Assembly: GCF_009914755.1 (NCBI RefSeq)
Contig: NC_060926.1
Direction: 5' to 3' (one strand)
Origin: the human T2T-CHM13v2.0 reference genome, Homo sapiens
Length of the DNA: 64,000 nt
In this document: positions 17,320 through 30,230 of the stretch, piece after piece
Numbering within the stretch: the stretch's first letter is position 1
Layout: each line of letters opens with the position of its first letter
Program-made: the position numbers and the translations under genes
The notes under the pieces: model-generated
Told to the model about the DNA's origin: nothing
The model's input: only the letters and a program-made list of their open reading frames with translations
Database searches by the model: none

Positions 17320-17693
17320 TTACATAGTTTGGCTGTGTCCCCACCCAAAATCTCATCTTGAATTGTAATCCCCATAATTCCCACATTTCAAGGGAGAGAC
17401 CTGGTGGAGATAATTGAATCATGGGGGCGGTTTCCCCCATGCTGTTCTCAGAGTGAGTGAGTTCTCACAAGATCTGATGATTTCACACGTGTTTGGTAGT
17501 TTCTCCTGCATTCATTTTCCTTCCTGCCACCATGTGCAGAAGGTGCCTGGCTTCCCCTTCACCTTCCGCCATGATTGTAAGTTTCCTGAGGCCTCCCAGC
17601 CATGCAGAACTGTGAGTCAATTAAACCTATTTCCTTTCTAAATTATCCAGTCTTGGGCAGTTCTTTATAGCAGTATGAAAACGGACTAAAATA
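17320..17693 (+). mobile_element. THE1D-like MaLR solo LTR
   Basis: tttggctgtgtccccacccaaaatctcatcttgaattgtaatcccc...; 5-bp TSD gggac (17315-17319 / 17694-17698). Confidence 0.9.
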
Positions 17694-18295
17694 GGGACAT
17701 TCAGCACAAACTGGAAGGGAGAATGTGGGAGCAGGATTTGTGGAACTGGTCATTTACCAGCAACTGGCCTTCATGCTTATATGAACATTTTCATACATCT
17801 TTGCCTCCTCTGAGTCACACGGATTGTTTATGAGGCTGACTGCTAGTTGGGCTTACTAGTGTAGATGCTGGGAGAATATGGGGCACAGGAGTTGTTACAT
17901 ATTGATGCCCTCTCCTCCTGCTGCCACCCAGATTGTGTGGTTGGCTGAGTCCCTCTCCTGAGGGCCACAGTTCCTTTCAAGCAGCCTTTACAAGGTTTAG
18001 AATCTGCTCCTACCCATGGCTCCTTCGAGAGTCAGGGGTGCCAACATCTCCTGCTGTTGCTCACCTTGGGCCACTGCATAATCCCTCGTGCATTCCCCAA
18101 ATGCTCTGCATACATTTGTAAATAGTCATTTTAGTAAAAGCGCCTCAAATCACCCAGCTTGAGAGGGCTGTGAGTTTCCAGTCAGGACCCTCACTGGTCC
18201 ACAATGGCAGAATGGTTACCATGGGAAGGAGGGAAGGGTGGGTGCCATGTGGCAAGGCCAGGGAGTCAGCAGGAGTGTGGTTAAGGAAGAAAAGT

Positions 18296-18434
18296 TGGGA
18301 GGCTGAGGCAGGAGAATGGCGTGAACCCAGGAGGCGGAGCTTGCAGTGAGCTGAGATTGTGCTACTGCACTCCAGCCTGGGCGGCAGAGAGAGACTCTGT
18401 CTCAAAAAAAAAAAAAAGAAAGAAAGAAAGAAAG
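18296..18434 (+). mobile_element. Heavily 5'-truncated AluY
   Basis: gagaatggcgtgaacc...ggagcttgcag; A/(AAAG)n tail; TSD-like aaagttg. Confidence 0.88.
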
Positions 18435-18629
18435 GAAAGTTGCCACATAGGGGAAGGAGGGAGAATGAAAAAGATCAAGGGGAAAAGCAAGAAGAATCAA
18501 ATGGAGAGGGAATTCAGGGAGGGAATTCAGAGAGCTCCCGAGGCAACGGGATACTATCTGCACGACCCTTTCTATAGCCCCAGATCTCAGGCGAAATTCA
18601 GCAAGTGCAGGCCAGCCAATTGGATCCTG

Positions 18630-19185
18630 TGGGCATGAGTGAGTGCATGAGTGTGTGTGGGCATGAGTGTGTATGTGTGTCCTTGAATGAGTGTGTGTGC
18701 ATGAGTGTGTATGCATGTGTGTGTGCATGAGTGTGTCTGTGTCCTTGAATGTGTGTGCATGAGTGTGTGTGCATGAGTGTGTGTGTCCTTGAATGAGTGT
18801 GTGTCCTTGAATGAGTGTGTGTGCATGAGTGTGCGTGTGTGTGCATGTGTATGTGTGTCCTTGAATGTGTGTGTGCATGAGTGTGTGTGCATGTGTGTGC
18901 ATGAATGTGTATATGTGTCCTTGAATGAGTGTGTGTGCATGAGTGTGTGTGTGCATGTGTGTGTGCATGAGTGTGTATGTGTGTGTCTTTGAATGAGTGT
19001 GTGTGCATGAGTGTGTGTATGAGTATGTGTGTCTTTGAATGTGTGTGCATGAGTGTGTGTGCACATGAGTGTGTGTGTGTGTGCATGAGTGAATGTGTAT
19101 GTGTTCTTAAGTGTGTGAGTGCATGAATGTGTGTGTGTCCATGAATGTGTGGGCATGAGTGTGAGTCTGTAGACTAGTGAATGAG
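18630..19185. repeat. TG-rich complex tandem repeat (catgagtgtgtgtg / gtccttgaatgagtg units)
   Basis: Seen directly; it generates the His/Thr-rich spurious ORFs. Confidence 0.95.
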
Positions 19186-20034
19186 TGGAGAGCAACCCAA
19201 GGTGAAATAAACACTAACATTCCGAAAAAGGGCTGGGGCAGAGGGGATTTAGGCAACTATGTTCTTAGGGATTTATAGAAACTGGAGGACAGAATTTGAG
19301 GAATCTTTTTCCCAAGGCTTTGAAACTGGGGGTTTGAGGACCGTTTACCTAAATCATCAAGGGGCAATGTGCCCCAGCTGCCAGGTTACAGCTTGTATTA
19401 TCAATTAAGTGCTAAATTGAAGAGGTAAATCACCGTAGTGACAAGCGGCTTCTCCAATATAAAAAAGAGCTCAGCTTTTTTTTTTTTTTAGACTTTAAGA
19501 TAGTCTATTTAAAAGGAGCATGCCAGACAGCAGCTGGTTTTGGCTATGAGGAGAGACTGGAGTTGAACCTGCGTTTAAAATAGAGTATGTTAGTTCAGAG
19601 ACTGAAAGCTAGACAAGAATGGCCAACTATTTGGATTCTGTAACATTTTAGATAGATTTTAGAAACCCAAGTGCAGCATTTTTTTTCTTGGACTCTTATT
19701 TGCACAGAAAAAGTTTGTTAATATCAGTTCAAGGAGATTAATGCTAATTTGCATTCATTTATGCAAACAGTAGCTCTTTAGGAAATCTAGAATGTTGAAG
19801 CTGGAAGAGAAGGTTTACTCATTCCTCATCATTTGGCATATCAGGAAATGAAGATGGAAGCTTCCGACTGCTTGCCAAAGGTCATAATGGAGACTGAATG
19901 AGAATCAAGGTTGTCTGAGTCCCAAATGGTTCTCTTTTCCCCGCATGTGCTGCCTCCTGTTTGGGGATTTCCATTTCTTAAGAAAAAAATCATCAAAAAG
20001 CAAGATGGTACATACCAGAAAAACACTTAGGAGA

Positions 20035-20240
20035 CAACACAGTGATTTGCAAAGAATGTAAATTTTGAGGATAAAAGTGATCTGAAATTGAATTTCTGCT
20101 CTGCTGTTTAGACTTCTCCAAGTCTCAGTATCCTCCTTGTAAAAATGGGGTCACAGTATTTGCCATGCGAGGAAGTATTAAAGATTATGGAAATGTTGTG
20201 TGAAGCACATCATAGGACACAGCTGGTGATCAGCAAGTGT
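20035..20240 (+). mobile_element. MIR
   Basis: ctccaagtctcagtatcctccttgtaaaaatgggg core. Confidence 0.6.
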
Positions 20241-21996
20241 ATTGACTCTACCCCAGCGAGGCAGCTCAGCCTTTTGCAGTCTTAGCCCAAACAACAAAGG
20301 ATTCCCTCTGTGAGGCCATGCACAATGAAGTGTCATGATGCCACACGGGGTTTGTCCCAGGGAGGCTGCTGTGAGTAGATGTCTGGCAGAAGCTCCTGCT
20401 ATCATATCCATCTTGTGTCTTTGTAGCTGATGTGATGAGAATGATGGCAAACATTTGCATTCTGGCTTGCTTCTGAGTGTATTTGGTCTTGAGGTGGATT
20501 GTGCTTCACCTTATCCCACATTAAACAAAAATCATGTTGAAGGGGCATGACTTTCAAATAATTGTCACTTTGGGGTTTCAACAAGCAGTCTAGATGAGTT
20601 GAATGCTGAAATTTGCTATTTCTGGGTGAATATGATAGTATTGAGGAGGAAAAAATGAGTCATCCCTAAACTCATTCTTTCCCCATTTGTACCAGAAATC
20701 ACCTATTTACTCTATTTCCCCCCCATTCTCCTACTCACGTGCCTTGTATGTAATCTCAGAGTCTTAAGCTTTAGCAGGCTGTGAGGGTGATGTTACACTG
20801 CAAGCTGCCTTTAATTAAAACTGGAACCCAGGAGAGATGGACAGTCCCATCCACTCTAAGAAATGCGTGATGAGGTCATCTCCATGATTCCTTGCTTTAA
20901 GGATGCTTTCTTTTTGTGAGTACACCAAGTCCCTGAAGGGAGCACCTTCTGTTACTTGGTGCTTACTGCCTGCCTTTTCAAACACTAGTTAATTTCTCTA
21001 GATTTTTTTCCTTACAAAGACCAAATTACCTCTTAATACTCATTTTGTAGACAGAAATAAGCTTTTTTTTTTTTCTTTTTTAACTACTGCCTTTTGAAGT
21101 CAGGTCTTTAGCTTATTTTCCTTCTTACTTCCTTTCTGCCACCGTCTGCCACTGGCGGTTCTCCCATAGGTTGTCCTTACATGCACGACAGCCACAGAGT
21201 GTGCCTGGGAGGTTATGCTGGAGCCTCTCTATTCGCTGAACACAGTTTACCTCTCCACGAATACTTCCAGGCATCATCTTCCACACCGGGAGCCACTGAG
21301 CCCCCTTGATAGTTACAATTCTGACTACACTGCTTCCTAGGCAGAGTCTCCTACACAGGGGCTCTGCTGTTCTGTGCTTGGTGCATTTCCAAGGGGGTCT
21401 TCAGCCCGTGAATGAGAAGTTATGGAGTGCAAGGGAAGGAATTGAGGTGATGGAGGTCAGCCAGCCTGGGATCCACATTTAGCTGGGCCCTGACTTGCTC
21501 CATCTCTGTGGGTAATTTGCCATCCTCCTCTGTGCCTCTTTTCCTCTCTATAATAAGGAATTCTTGTCTATGATGTAGTCTTTCCTGAATGCCTTGTGTC
21601 TGCTTTGCCCTGTGGTTGCTCTCTCTTGGAATGTTTCTACCTTCTGCACATCTGCTTTGTAATGTGAAGGCCACAGCTTATCCACATATACGTAAGGAAT
21701 TCACCCAATTGAATTAAGCAGACCGGTGACTTCATGGCCTTGGTATGTATTAGCCCCGCTAAGAAGGCTGGATCTATGCCAGCTTTTAATAGAGAGCGTG
21801 ATCCCCACATAGTGTATAAGCTGCTGTGCAGTTTACAACTGTGGGCTGTGTGTATTTCATGGTATTATCAGCATTTTCTCAGATCTCACTCTTAACCCCT
21901 TGGCTTTATGGTTTTACTTTGTTATCTAGAAGTTGAGTTGCTCCTCCCTTATCCCACTTTGGCTTATCATTGATTAATTTGTAAAATATTCTCCTG

Positions 21997-22309
21997 GGCC
22001 AGGTGTGGTGGCCCGTGCCTGCAACCCCAGCATTTGGGGAGGCCAAGGCAGGAGGATTGCTCGAGGCCAAATGTTTGATGCCAAGAGTTCAAGACCTGTC
22101 TCTACACAAAATTAGAATAAAAAAATTAGCCATGTGCAGTGGTACACGCCTATAATCCCAGCTACTAGGGAGGGTGAGGTAGGAGGATCACTTGAGCCCA
22201 GGAGTTCAAGGCTGCTGCAGGGATCTAGTATTACACCATAGTACTCATCCTGGGCAACAGAGCAAAACCCTGTCTCTGTTTAACAGTCAATCAATCAATA
22301 AAAATGAAA
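21997..22309 (+). mobile_element. AluJ with a rearranged left arm
   Basis: ggaggattgctcgaggcca, ggatcacttgagcccaggagttcaaggctg; TSD gtaaaatattctcct (21981-21995 / 22310-22324). Confidence 0.88.
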
Positions 22310-22349
22310 GTAAAATATTCTCCTACAACTTTCATTCAAAAATATTGCT

Positions 22350-23525
22350 TAAAATACAGGTGGTTACATACAGACCTATTTAGAGTTGCATGACTGTATA
22401 CAAGTTAGCATATACATGCTTTTTCTTGCTGTGTCAGCTATGATGACCCAGAAGCAGTGATACTCCAGTAGCAACAAACACACCTAGTGCCCAGATGTTG
22501 TTTTCTAATACCATTCTCTCATGAAAGAGACCAAACCTCCTTGGAAAAAATGTCTGATTCTAGAACTGGGAAAAAAAAAATATGCAAGAGGAGCCTGGAA
22601 CATCTTGTAGTGCCAGAAAATGAGCTAGGGCAGAAACAACAAAAAATGAAAATCCCACAATGATAGGGATGTGACAAAGGGAGAAGGGAGCCAAATGAAA
22701 GAGTCTCCCATGGTAAGGCCTGCAAAGACTGGAGCAAAATAAAGTAGTATTGTATTATAAACAAAAGTGTCTGACAAATATCCATGAATCATTGTTGATA
22801 TAAAAAAATGGATGGCTAACTACACGGGGGAAAAAGACGAATCTACGCAGGAGATTTGCAAATGATTTCTGTAGATATTTTATCCTTAAGGCTGTGGGCA
22901 CAGTTCCCTATCACTTGGATGTGGGCTGGGTGTAGTGATTTTCTTCTAATGAGTACAGTTAGGGAAAGAGGAAAAGATGAATTCTGTAGAGGAGAAACTT
23001 GACAAGCATGACCTCAGCCAGGTGATCAAGGTCAAATCAACAATAACAAGTCATCTTGCTGCTATTTACTCTTTATAGGGTGGGATGACAATAGAAGATT
23101 ACCTCTTAGATCTTTCTCTCAAAAGCACATAATCCCAGTCTAATCATGGAAAAAAAATTAGAAAAATTACAGCTGAGGGACATTCTACAAAATACTTGAC
23201 CAGTGCTTCTCAAAATTGTCAAGGTCATCAAAAACAAGGAAAGTCTGGGAGACTGTCACAGCTAGCAAAGCCTGGAAAGATATTCCCACTAAATGCCATG
23301 TGATTTCCTACATGGGATTCTGGAACATGAAAGCTGAATAAATTATGGACTTTAGTTGATAAAAATGTATCAATATTGGCTTACTATAATTTATTAGTCA
23401 TAACAAATGTGCCATCCTAGTGTAAGACGCGCTGGTGGGGGGCTCTGGGGGCAGGGGTATGGAAACTCCCTGTGCCCTTTCCATAACTTTTCTGTAAAAC
23501 TAACACAGGGCTAAAAATAAAACAT
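22350..23525 (+). mobile_element. Ancient L1M (L1MC/MD-type) 3' region
   Basis: cctcagccaggtgatcaaggtc...gggacattctacaaaatacttgaccagt...ctaaaaataaa. Confidence 0.75.
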
Positions 23526-24139
23526 TTGATGAAATTATTTCTTGACTTCATACTAAGAGCCAGGCCCTACTCTAAACATTGTGGATATGGTAGTGAGTGA
23601 AAGGAAGAACCTCTGGCTACATCTAGTATATTTTCTGGTAAGATAAATTTCCTAATTTTTTAAAAATTGCTATTAGATTTGGATCTCTGCTCAAATTAAA
23701 TTTGCATGAGCCCTAATTTCAGACCCCTCCTTTCCCTATGTCATTCAGAAACTTATTCAGATATCGGACTCCTCTAGAAGTGAACATGGAAATTAAAAGA
23801 AAAATGTCTTCAGAAAATCCACAACAGTTGATACAAATATCATACTCATTCCTCTTTGTGAAATGAAATTGTGATTATTTATTGAACACAAAATTCTACC
23901 CAATGGGACTTTCTCAATATTTAGTCTGTGAGGAGGGTGCCCCGATATTGTGGCAGAAAGAGGAAGAGGGCAAAGAAAACCAACACCGAAAAGCAGATGC
24001 TGATGTGAGCAAGTGTAATTCTTTGAAACCACTTGGTACCTAAAATAAAATCATATGTCCTTCAAGGATTTTATGTCTACAACAAATTACACACACTGAT
24101 GGTTTCATAAAGTTGCTCGGTCATCATTAGGAACCAGAG

Positions 24140-24360
24140 TGGGGTAGTTGAGAAATGAACTTTAGGTAGAGATGACCTGACTTTAGAACCCAGCTCTGTT
24201 ATGCAGTAGCTCTGTGAGCCTGGGGTGTATGTGAGCATTTATCTTGCCTTAATTCCTCATCTACAAAATGAGAGTAATGGTGGTCTCGATCTCATAGCTT
24301 CCTTAGAGAATCAATTCATCCCTCAAATGGACTTAGAATACGTATCTCACAGATATCAGT
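24140..24360 (+). mobile_element. MIR
   Basis: ccagctctg...gccttaattcctcatctacaaaatgaga core. Confidence 0.6.
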
Positions 24361-24567
24361 CATGATTATTAAGAAACAGCCAAATTATTTCAGGTTACTA
24401 ATAGTAAGCATATGCTCAATGAATTGAAAAAGGGGTCAAGCAAAGTCACAGAAAAAATTCAATAATGGACAGTTTTACAAAATCCCATATATGATCAATG
24501 CTTTTCAAAATATTATCAGTGTCTTTTCTGACATCCATAATGTTACCATGTTAAAGAAAGAATAAGA

Positions 24568-24655
24568 GGAAGGAAGGGAGGAAGGAAGGAAGGAAGGAAG
24601 GAAGGAAGGAAGGAAGGAAGGAAGGAAGGAAATAATAATATAATAATAATAATAA
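24568..24655. repeat. (GGAA)n microsatellite (13 consecutive units at 24580-24631) followed by (AAT)n
   Basis: Counted directly. Confidence 0.95.
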
Positions 24656-24911
24656 ATTGGGAAACATTCATCAGAGTTTGCCCTGTATGGGTTTCTTGAG
24701 TAGTCTTGGAGAGGGGTTGAATGCTCCAATGTTGCAATTTATGGGACATTTAAACAGTGTATTAAAATAGCAAAATGAACTGTCTTTGACTTCACTCTTG
24801 TCTCATTTGTACTAAGTTATTTTATTGTTTAACTTGATAGAGAAGGAGGACGCCTGTCCTCGCACTTCTGGTGGGAGATTTCTTTTCAGCAGCTTTCGTA
24901 CCCACCAGCAT

Positions 24912-25387
24912 TGTAGCCAACCTTGTGGGTGCTCTACCAGCAACTTCTCTACATTCTTACCCTGGCGCACGTTGACCGCATGGCTTCCATTTCCATACAC
25001 CTGTGCCTGGGATTCTGCCAGGGCTTTCTTTGGCTCCCTGAATGGCAGTCAGGAAGGCTGGAAGAACAGGGTGTTCTGTGCCCCCTGAAAGTAGCCCCCA
25101 ACCAATGGCTGGTAGGGTTGGTGGATAAAGACCCCAGGTCCCTCACCCCTGTTTGGGATGGAGCTGAGGTGTGATCTCGTCCATCTCCCAGAGCACCACT
25201 GTGGGGTGGACTCCATTGCCCACGGTGAGAACCTGCTCCACGACACACCAGTTCTTGGTTTCCTTCCCTTTCCTAACTCATTTCCCCACATTTCTAGTGA
25301 TGCTTCCAGAGATCGTCATTTAAATAAGCTACTTGCTATCATACCTTTGTCTCCGAGTCTGCTTCTAGGAGAACCCAAACTAAGACA
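24912..25387 (+). mobile_element. LTR16-family ERVL solo LTR
   Basis: Starts tgtagcc; ends ...tctgcttctaggagaacccaaactaagaca. Confidence 0.7.
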
Positions 25388-25595
25388 AACTCCATGATTG
25401 TTTTGCCTATTCTTTATAATCCTGGAACATTTTATTTTCCCAGACAGCAGTACTAATGTGCAGGCCGATGTGTGACGTTTGCCACCAAAGAGTCTTTCAC
25501 AACAATGGTGCCCAGTTTCCATAAATAAATAATTTTACTACAAGTGCATGTGAGGAGGGTTCAACTGGGATCACTTCCCATCAAGGCTGCTCGCT

Positions 25596-26455
25596 TTTAT
25601 TTTTAATTTATTTTTTATTGACAAATAAAATTGTATATATTCATTGCAATATGTTGTTTTGAAATATGTATACATTGTGAAATGGCTAAATGTAACTAAT
25701 TAGCCTATGCAATACCTCACATACTTAACATTTTTTGTGGTGAGAACACTTAAAATCTACTCTCTTAGCAACTTTCAAGTGTACAATACATTGTTACTAA
25801 CTATAGTCACCATGTTGTACAATGAATCTCTTGAACTTATTCCTTCTATCTAAGTAAAATTTTGTGTCTTTGACTAACATCTCCCCAACCATGTCTGTCC
25901 ATGTATAAGTGAGATCATGAGGTATTTGTCTTTCTAAACCTGGCTTATTTTACTAAACATAATGTTCTTCAGATTCATTCATGTTGTTCCAGATGACAAG
26001 ATTGCCTTCTATTTTAAGTCTAAATAGTATTCCAATGTGATCACACACACGCACACGCACACACACACGCATGCATCTCACATTATCTTTATCCATTCAT
26101 CTGTCGATGGACATTTCAGTTGATTCCATTTCTTGGCTATTGTGAATAACGCTGCAATAAACGTGGAGGTGCAGATATCTCTTAGGGATCTTAATTTCAT
26201 TTCCTCTGGATATACACCCAGTACTGGGATTGTTGGATCATAAGATAATTCTATTTTTAACTTTTTTGTGGAACTTCCACACTCCTTTCCATAATGGTAT
26301 GTTAATTTACATTCCCACCAACAGTGCACAAGGGTCCCCTTTATTCCACATCTTTACCAACATTTATCTTTTATCTTTTTGATAATAGCCATTCTAACAG
26401 GTGAAGGTGATATCTTACTGTGGTTTTAATTTGCATTTCTCTGATGATTAGTGAT
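25596..26455 (-). mobile_element. L1MA (L1MA8-like) ORF2 end plus 3'UTR
   Basis: ORF 26078..26329(-) gives HCWWECK...[25 protein letters not shown], the L1 ORF2 C-terminus. Confidence 0.88.
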
Positions 26456-27732
26456 AAGGGTGCTCTCTTACTTGTAGGGACCACTTATATTTAGCAATGC
26501 AAATTTTCCCTTTGGACCTAAAATGATTCTTGTTTTATTAGCAAATTCAAGTCATGATAGGAGGAAGGGGTGACAAAGAAAAATATCTGTATTGCCCTTT
26601 CCAAAGCTCATGCAAGAAACAAAGGAGGGAACAGGAACTGAAAGTATAAGTAGCAAGCAAAATACTATGATTTCCCATGTTGGCTATTTTGTACTTTCTG
26701 GTGTTTCCCTATAATAACCAAGCTTTTCAATGGCTGTCTTTCTGTTCCCACCCACATGTGTCTTTCCAATCTGCGATGTCCTTGCACCCTATTCACTCAC
26801 TTCTGCTCCATGTCAGGCAAGAGCATTGAGTATAAACTAAGCTGTGATTTGTTTCAAAAGTAAGAAATATGCATCTCCACCACTTTTGAAATCATAATTA
26901 TAAACAAAGGTATAAAGAGAGGACTGCATAGTGTAATTATCATTTTAAAGGTGTCAGAACAGCAAGTGGCATTTTGGAGAATGAAACTGTTTATCACAGA
27001 GTTATGGGGGGATGGCCCCAGGCATCTGTATAACTGCTAACCTGGAAGAGACTTGCTGAAAATCATTGTGGGATGAAGGGAAGAAACACAGCTTATCAAA
27101 TCAAAGGAATTTGTGAAGAGTAATAGTCATCTTGAAGACAATGAGCCTGAATAGTAATTGCCTTCTCATGAGATCGTTACACACAGGATAAAAAGAAATG
27201 TTCAGTGTGAACACAGTTGTATGATAAGGCATCTTGAGAAATGCAGCTGTCAAACCAAGTGTTTGGCAAGGAAGACGGAGTAGCATTAGCGTCGCGAGAC
27301 CCCAGCAGAATTCTTTGGAGTATCAGATTCTTTCTTCAAAATCTGTCTTCACCCTTGGAAATTCACTAGCTCTTCAGCTCATTAGGATCTGTCGCACTAA
27401 AGACTCTCATAATTGCCTGAGCCTCCACTGAGAAATTTTGCAGCTAACATCAATGTCTGTGATTCACAATATATATTTTCTCTACTGTTCCAGTGAAAAG
27501 GACCCAAATGCAAGATCTTTAAAGTGCTTTCCAGATGTCACTCCAGCCTCCCAAGGGTCTGGGAAGCATCAGGTGGCCAGCTGTAATGAGTAGGCTGCCC
27601 TTAAGATGGGACTGAGATCAATGTTAAAGGCTGCTCAGCTTGGATTCTATTGTGCCATCTGAAGGAAGGTCAAGGGGACTTGTTCAACACTGGAAAGGAG
27701 AGCAGAAACACAAAGAGAATCAGAGGATACAA

Positions 27733-28140
27733 ATCCATCCATTCATCCATCCATCCAACCATCCATCCATCCATCCATCCATCCATTCATCATGCACACA
27801 TCCATCTACCCAACCATCCATCCATCCATCCATCCATCCATCATGCACACATCCATCTACCCAACCATCCATCCATCCATCCATCCATCCATTCATCATG
27901 CACACATCCATCTACCCAACCATCCATCCAACCATCCATCCATCCATCCATCCATTCATCATGCACACATCCATCTACCCAACCATCCATCCATCCAATC
28001 ATCCATCCATCCATCCATCCATCCATCCATCCATCCATCATGCACACATCCATCTACCCAACTATCCATCCATCCAACCATCCATCCATCCATCCATCCA
28101 CCCACCCATCCATCCATCTATCCATCTGTCCATCCAACCA
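27733..28140. repeat. (CCAT)n array with five copies of a catcatgcacacatccatctacccaac spacer (higher-order VNTR)
   Basis: Seen directly. Confidence 0.95.
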
Positions 28141-29079
28141 TTCAGAGCACCTACTTTTTACAAGGCACTTTGCTGCCCATGAATGTTTTAGGGGAAGTCT
28201 AGACCAAACACTCCTGGATACTTTCTCAAAATTTTCTTGCATATTACAGTCTTTGCAACCACCTTCTATTAGGCGCATGAGAAAATTGAGACTCCAAACA
28301 TGTCTGTCTGCTGGCTTGCTATGAATTATGCAGAAGTCTCAGGATTTGGAATATTCTGAGAAGTAAAACTTGTCAATGATGTTGTTGTTTTCAGCTTGAA
28401 AGAAAGTCATCCTTCAAGAAGAACAGTAAAACTTTTTATGATACAGATTTTCTCCAACCATTTCATTGTGGCAATAATTCAGAACGAATATCATAGTATT
28501 TGCTTTACATTCAGAAGTCAGTTTTAGGTTCTTAAGAGAGCTGCTTGCTAGACCAAGAACTGGAAGTTGTGTGATGCTTCTTTTTCTTCCTTATGTAAAG
28601 ATGTGAGTTTTTTCTCTAGGCAGTGGCTCACTGACTGGAGAGGGCACTTGTGTAACCAGGACAAGCTGTAGTTTTAATACATCAAATGTTTTGCATGGTG
28701 CAGAAGCCAGCGTGCGGAAAGAGTTTGCATCTGGGAAGAAATAATAGTAAGTTCATATTATTCTTTTTCAGTTAGCAATCTTGAGGAAAAAAAGCCTCCT
28801 TCAGGAGTTTCTGACCTTGTCCTTGGGTAATGGCAGACATAGATAATGATATGTGTGCAGACATTTGCAAGGGAAAGAGCAGATTCTCCAACAGAGGCCA
28901 CCCCTGGATGCACAGCCTCCTGATGGCCCTGATAACTGGACTGTTGACCTACCTGAAATCCATTTGAGTGGATTTACAGTACAGTAAGTATTGGGTGAGA
29001 AGTTCTGATTATGTTCTTCTTCAGGATCCCCACATGAAAAGCAAAGCAATATGACATGTTTGCCTATTGAGTCATTCAC

Positions 29080-30230
29080 ATTTAATTTATTTAACTAATT
29101 CAACCAACATTTATTAATCATCTAGCAGGTGTTAGATTTTATACAAGGTGCTGAGGGCACAAAGACAGATAATACCCATACCTGTTTTCTACAGTGTTGC
29201 AATTAAATATGAGAGACTGACATAGAAGCCAAACACAACAATGCTCCCATGATGGAGATATGTGTGATACGATCAGGAGCACAGAAGAGAGTGAGCAGTG
29301 AAGCAATGCTATTTAGAGGAGGGCATAGCTTGCTGCATGTGGCATACTTTCTTATTCCAAGAAGAAAGGCTGGGTTGGGTTGAAAAGAGTCTCCTGTGGT
29401 TACATACTGCATAATCCTGGGTTTGAGAGGACATTTTTTTATCCATTGCTATCATGACTTGAATCCAGGTATTCATTGGACAATCACTGATGTGCATGTT
29501 TTCTGTGCCAGGTTCTATGTTAGGCATTGAGAATATATAGTTCCTGTCATCAAGGGGCCCATAACTTCATTGTAGAGATGGACAATAAACAACCATCGTC
29601 CAGCAGCTAGCTAAATTCAACATTGTTAGGGTTGAGGAGAGACCTCATGGGAGGAGCCACTAAATCTGAACAGACACACTTAGCTAGTCTGTGACACTTG
29701 GATATCTGTCTGGCCTTTCCTTCCATCCTGAAAATGTGGTTGACAATAGCAAGCTGAATTACAGGGAGGCATCTCCTTTCAAGACTTTAAGGACCATTAA
29801 TGACCATTGCATAAGGACCATGGCAACCTTTACCAAGCAGTCGCTGTTGATCGCACTTACTCATATGATGGGCCTCACAATGCCTTCTCTTTCCTCAACA
29901 AAACACTGGAACCTGGAATCACATGTCTGTGCATAGTCCTGCTTTGAGTCTGTGTCTCTGCGTCCTATCAGACCATGTACGTCCTAACGACCAGGACCTT
30001 TTCTTAGCACCTGGCGCATGCTGTCTCTTCACAGCCTAGGCACCTATACTTGATCTTCACTTAGTTTTTCACTATTTCAATTAGTCAACCATATTTAGCA
30101 ACTCCTACCATATGCTGGACACTGGATTAAATACTAAGGACACTGTAGTTACAAAATGAAGTAGTTCCTGTCTTCATGGAGTTGGCAACCCAAGGGGGAA
30201 GACAAGTAACTCAATGCCCAATTAGAATAC
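29080..30230 (-). mobile_element. Several L2 3'-end fragments
   Basis: attcaaccaacatttatt..., tgtgccaggttctatgttaggcattga, ctaccatatgctggacactgg motifs. Confidence 0.5.

Noticed and set aside
18402-19195. Long His/Thr-rich ORFs (up to 220 aa)
   Set aside because: Translations of a TG-rich tandem repeat that is open in several frames.
27640-28324. HPSI-repeat ORFs (180-224 aa) and a CRISPR-like repeat-spacer appearance
   Set aside because: Products of the (CCAT)n array; no unique spacers, and the context is eukaryotic.
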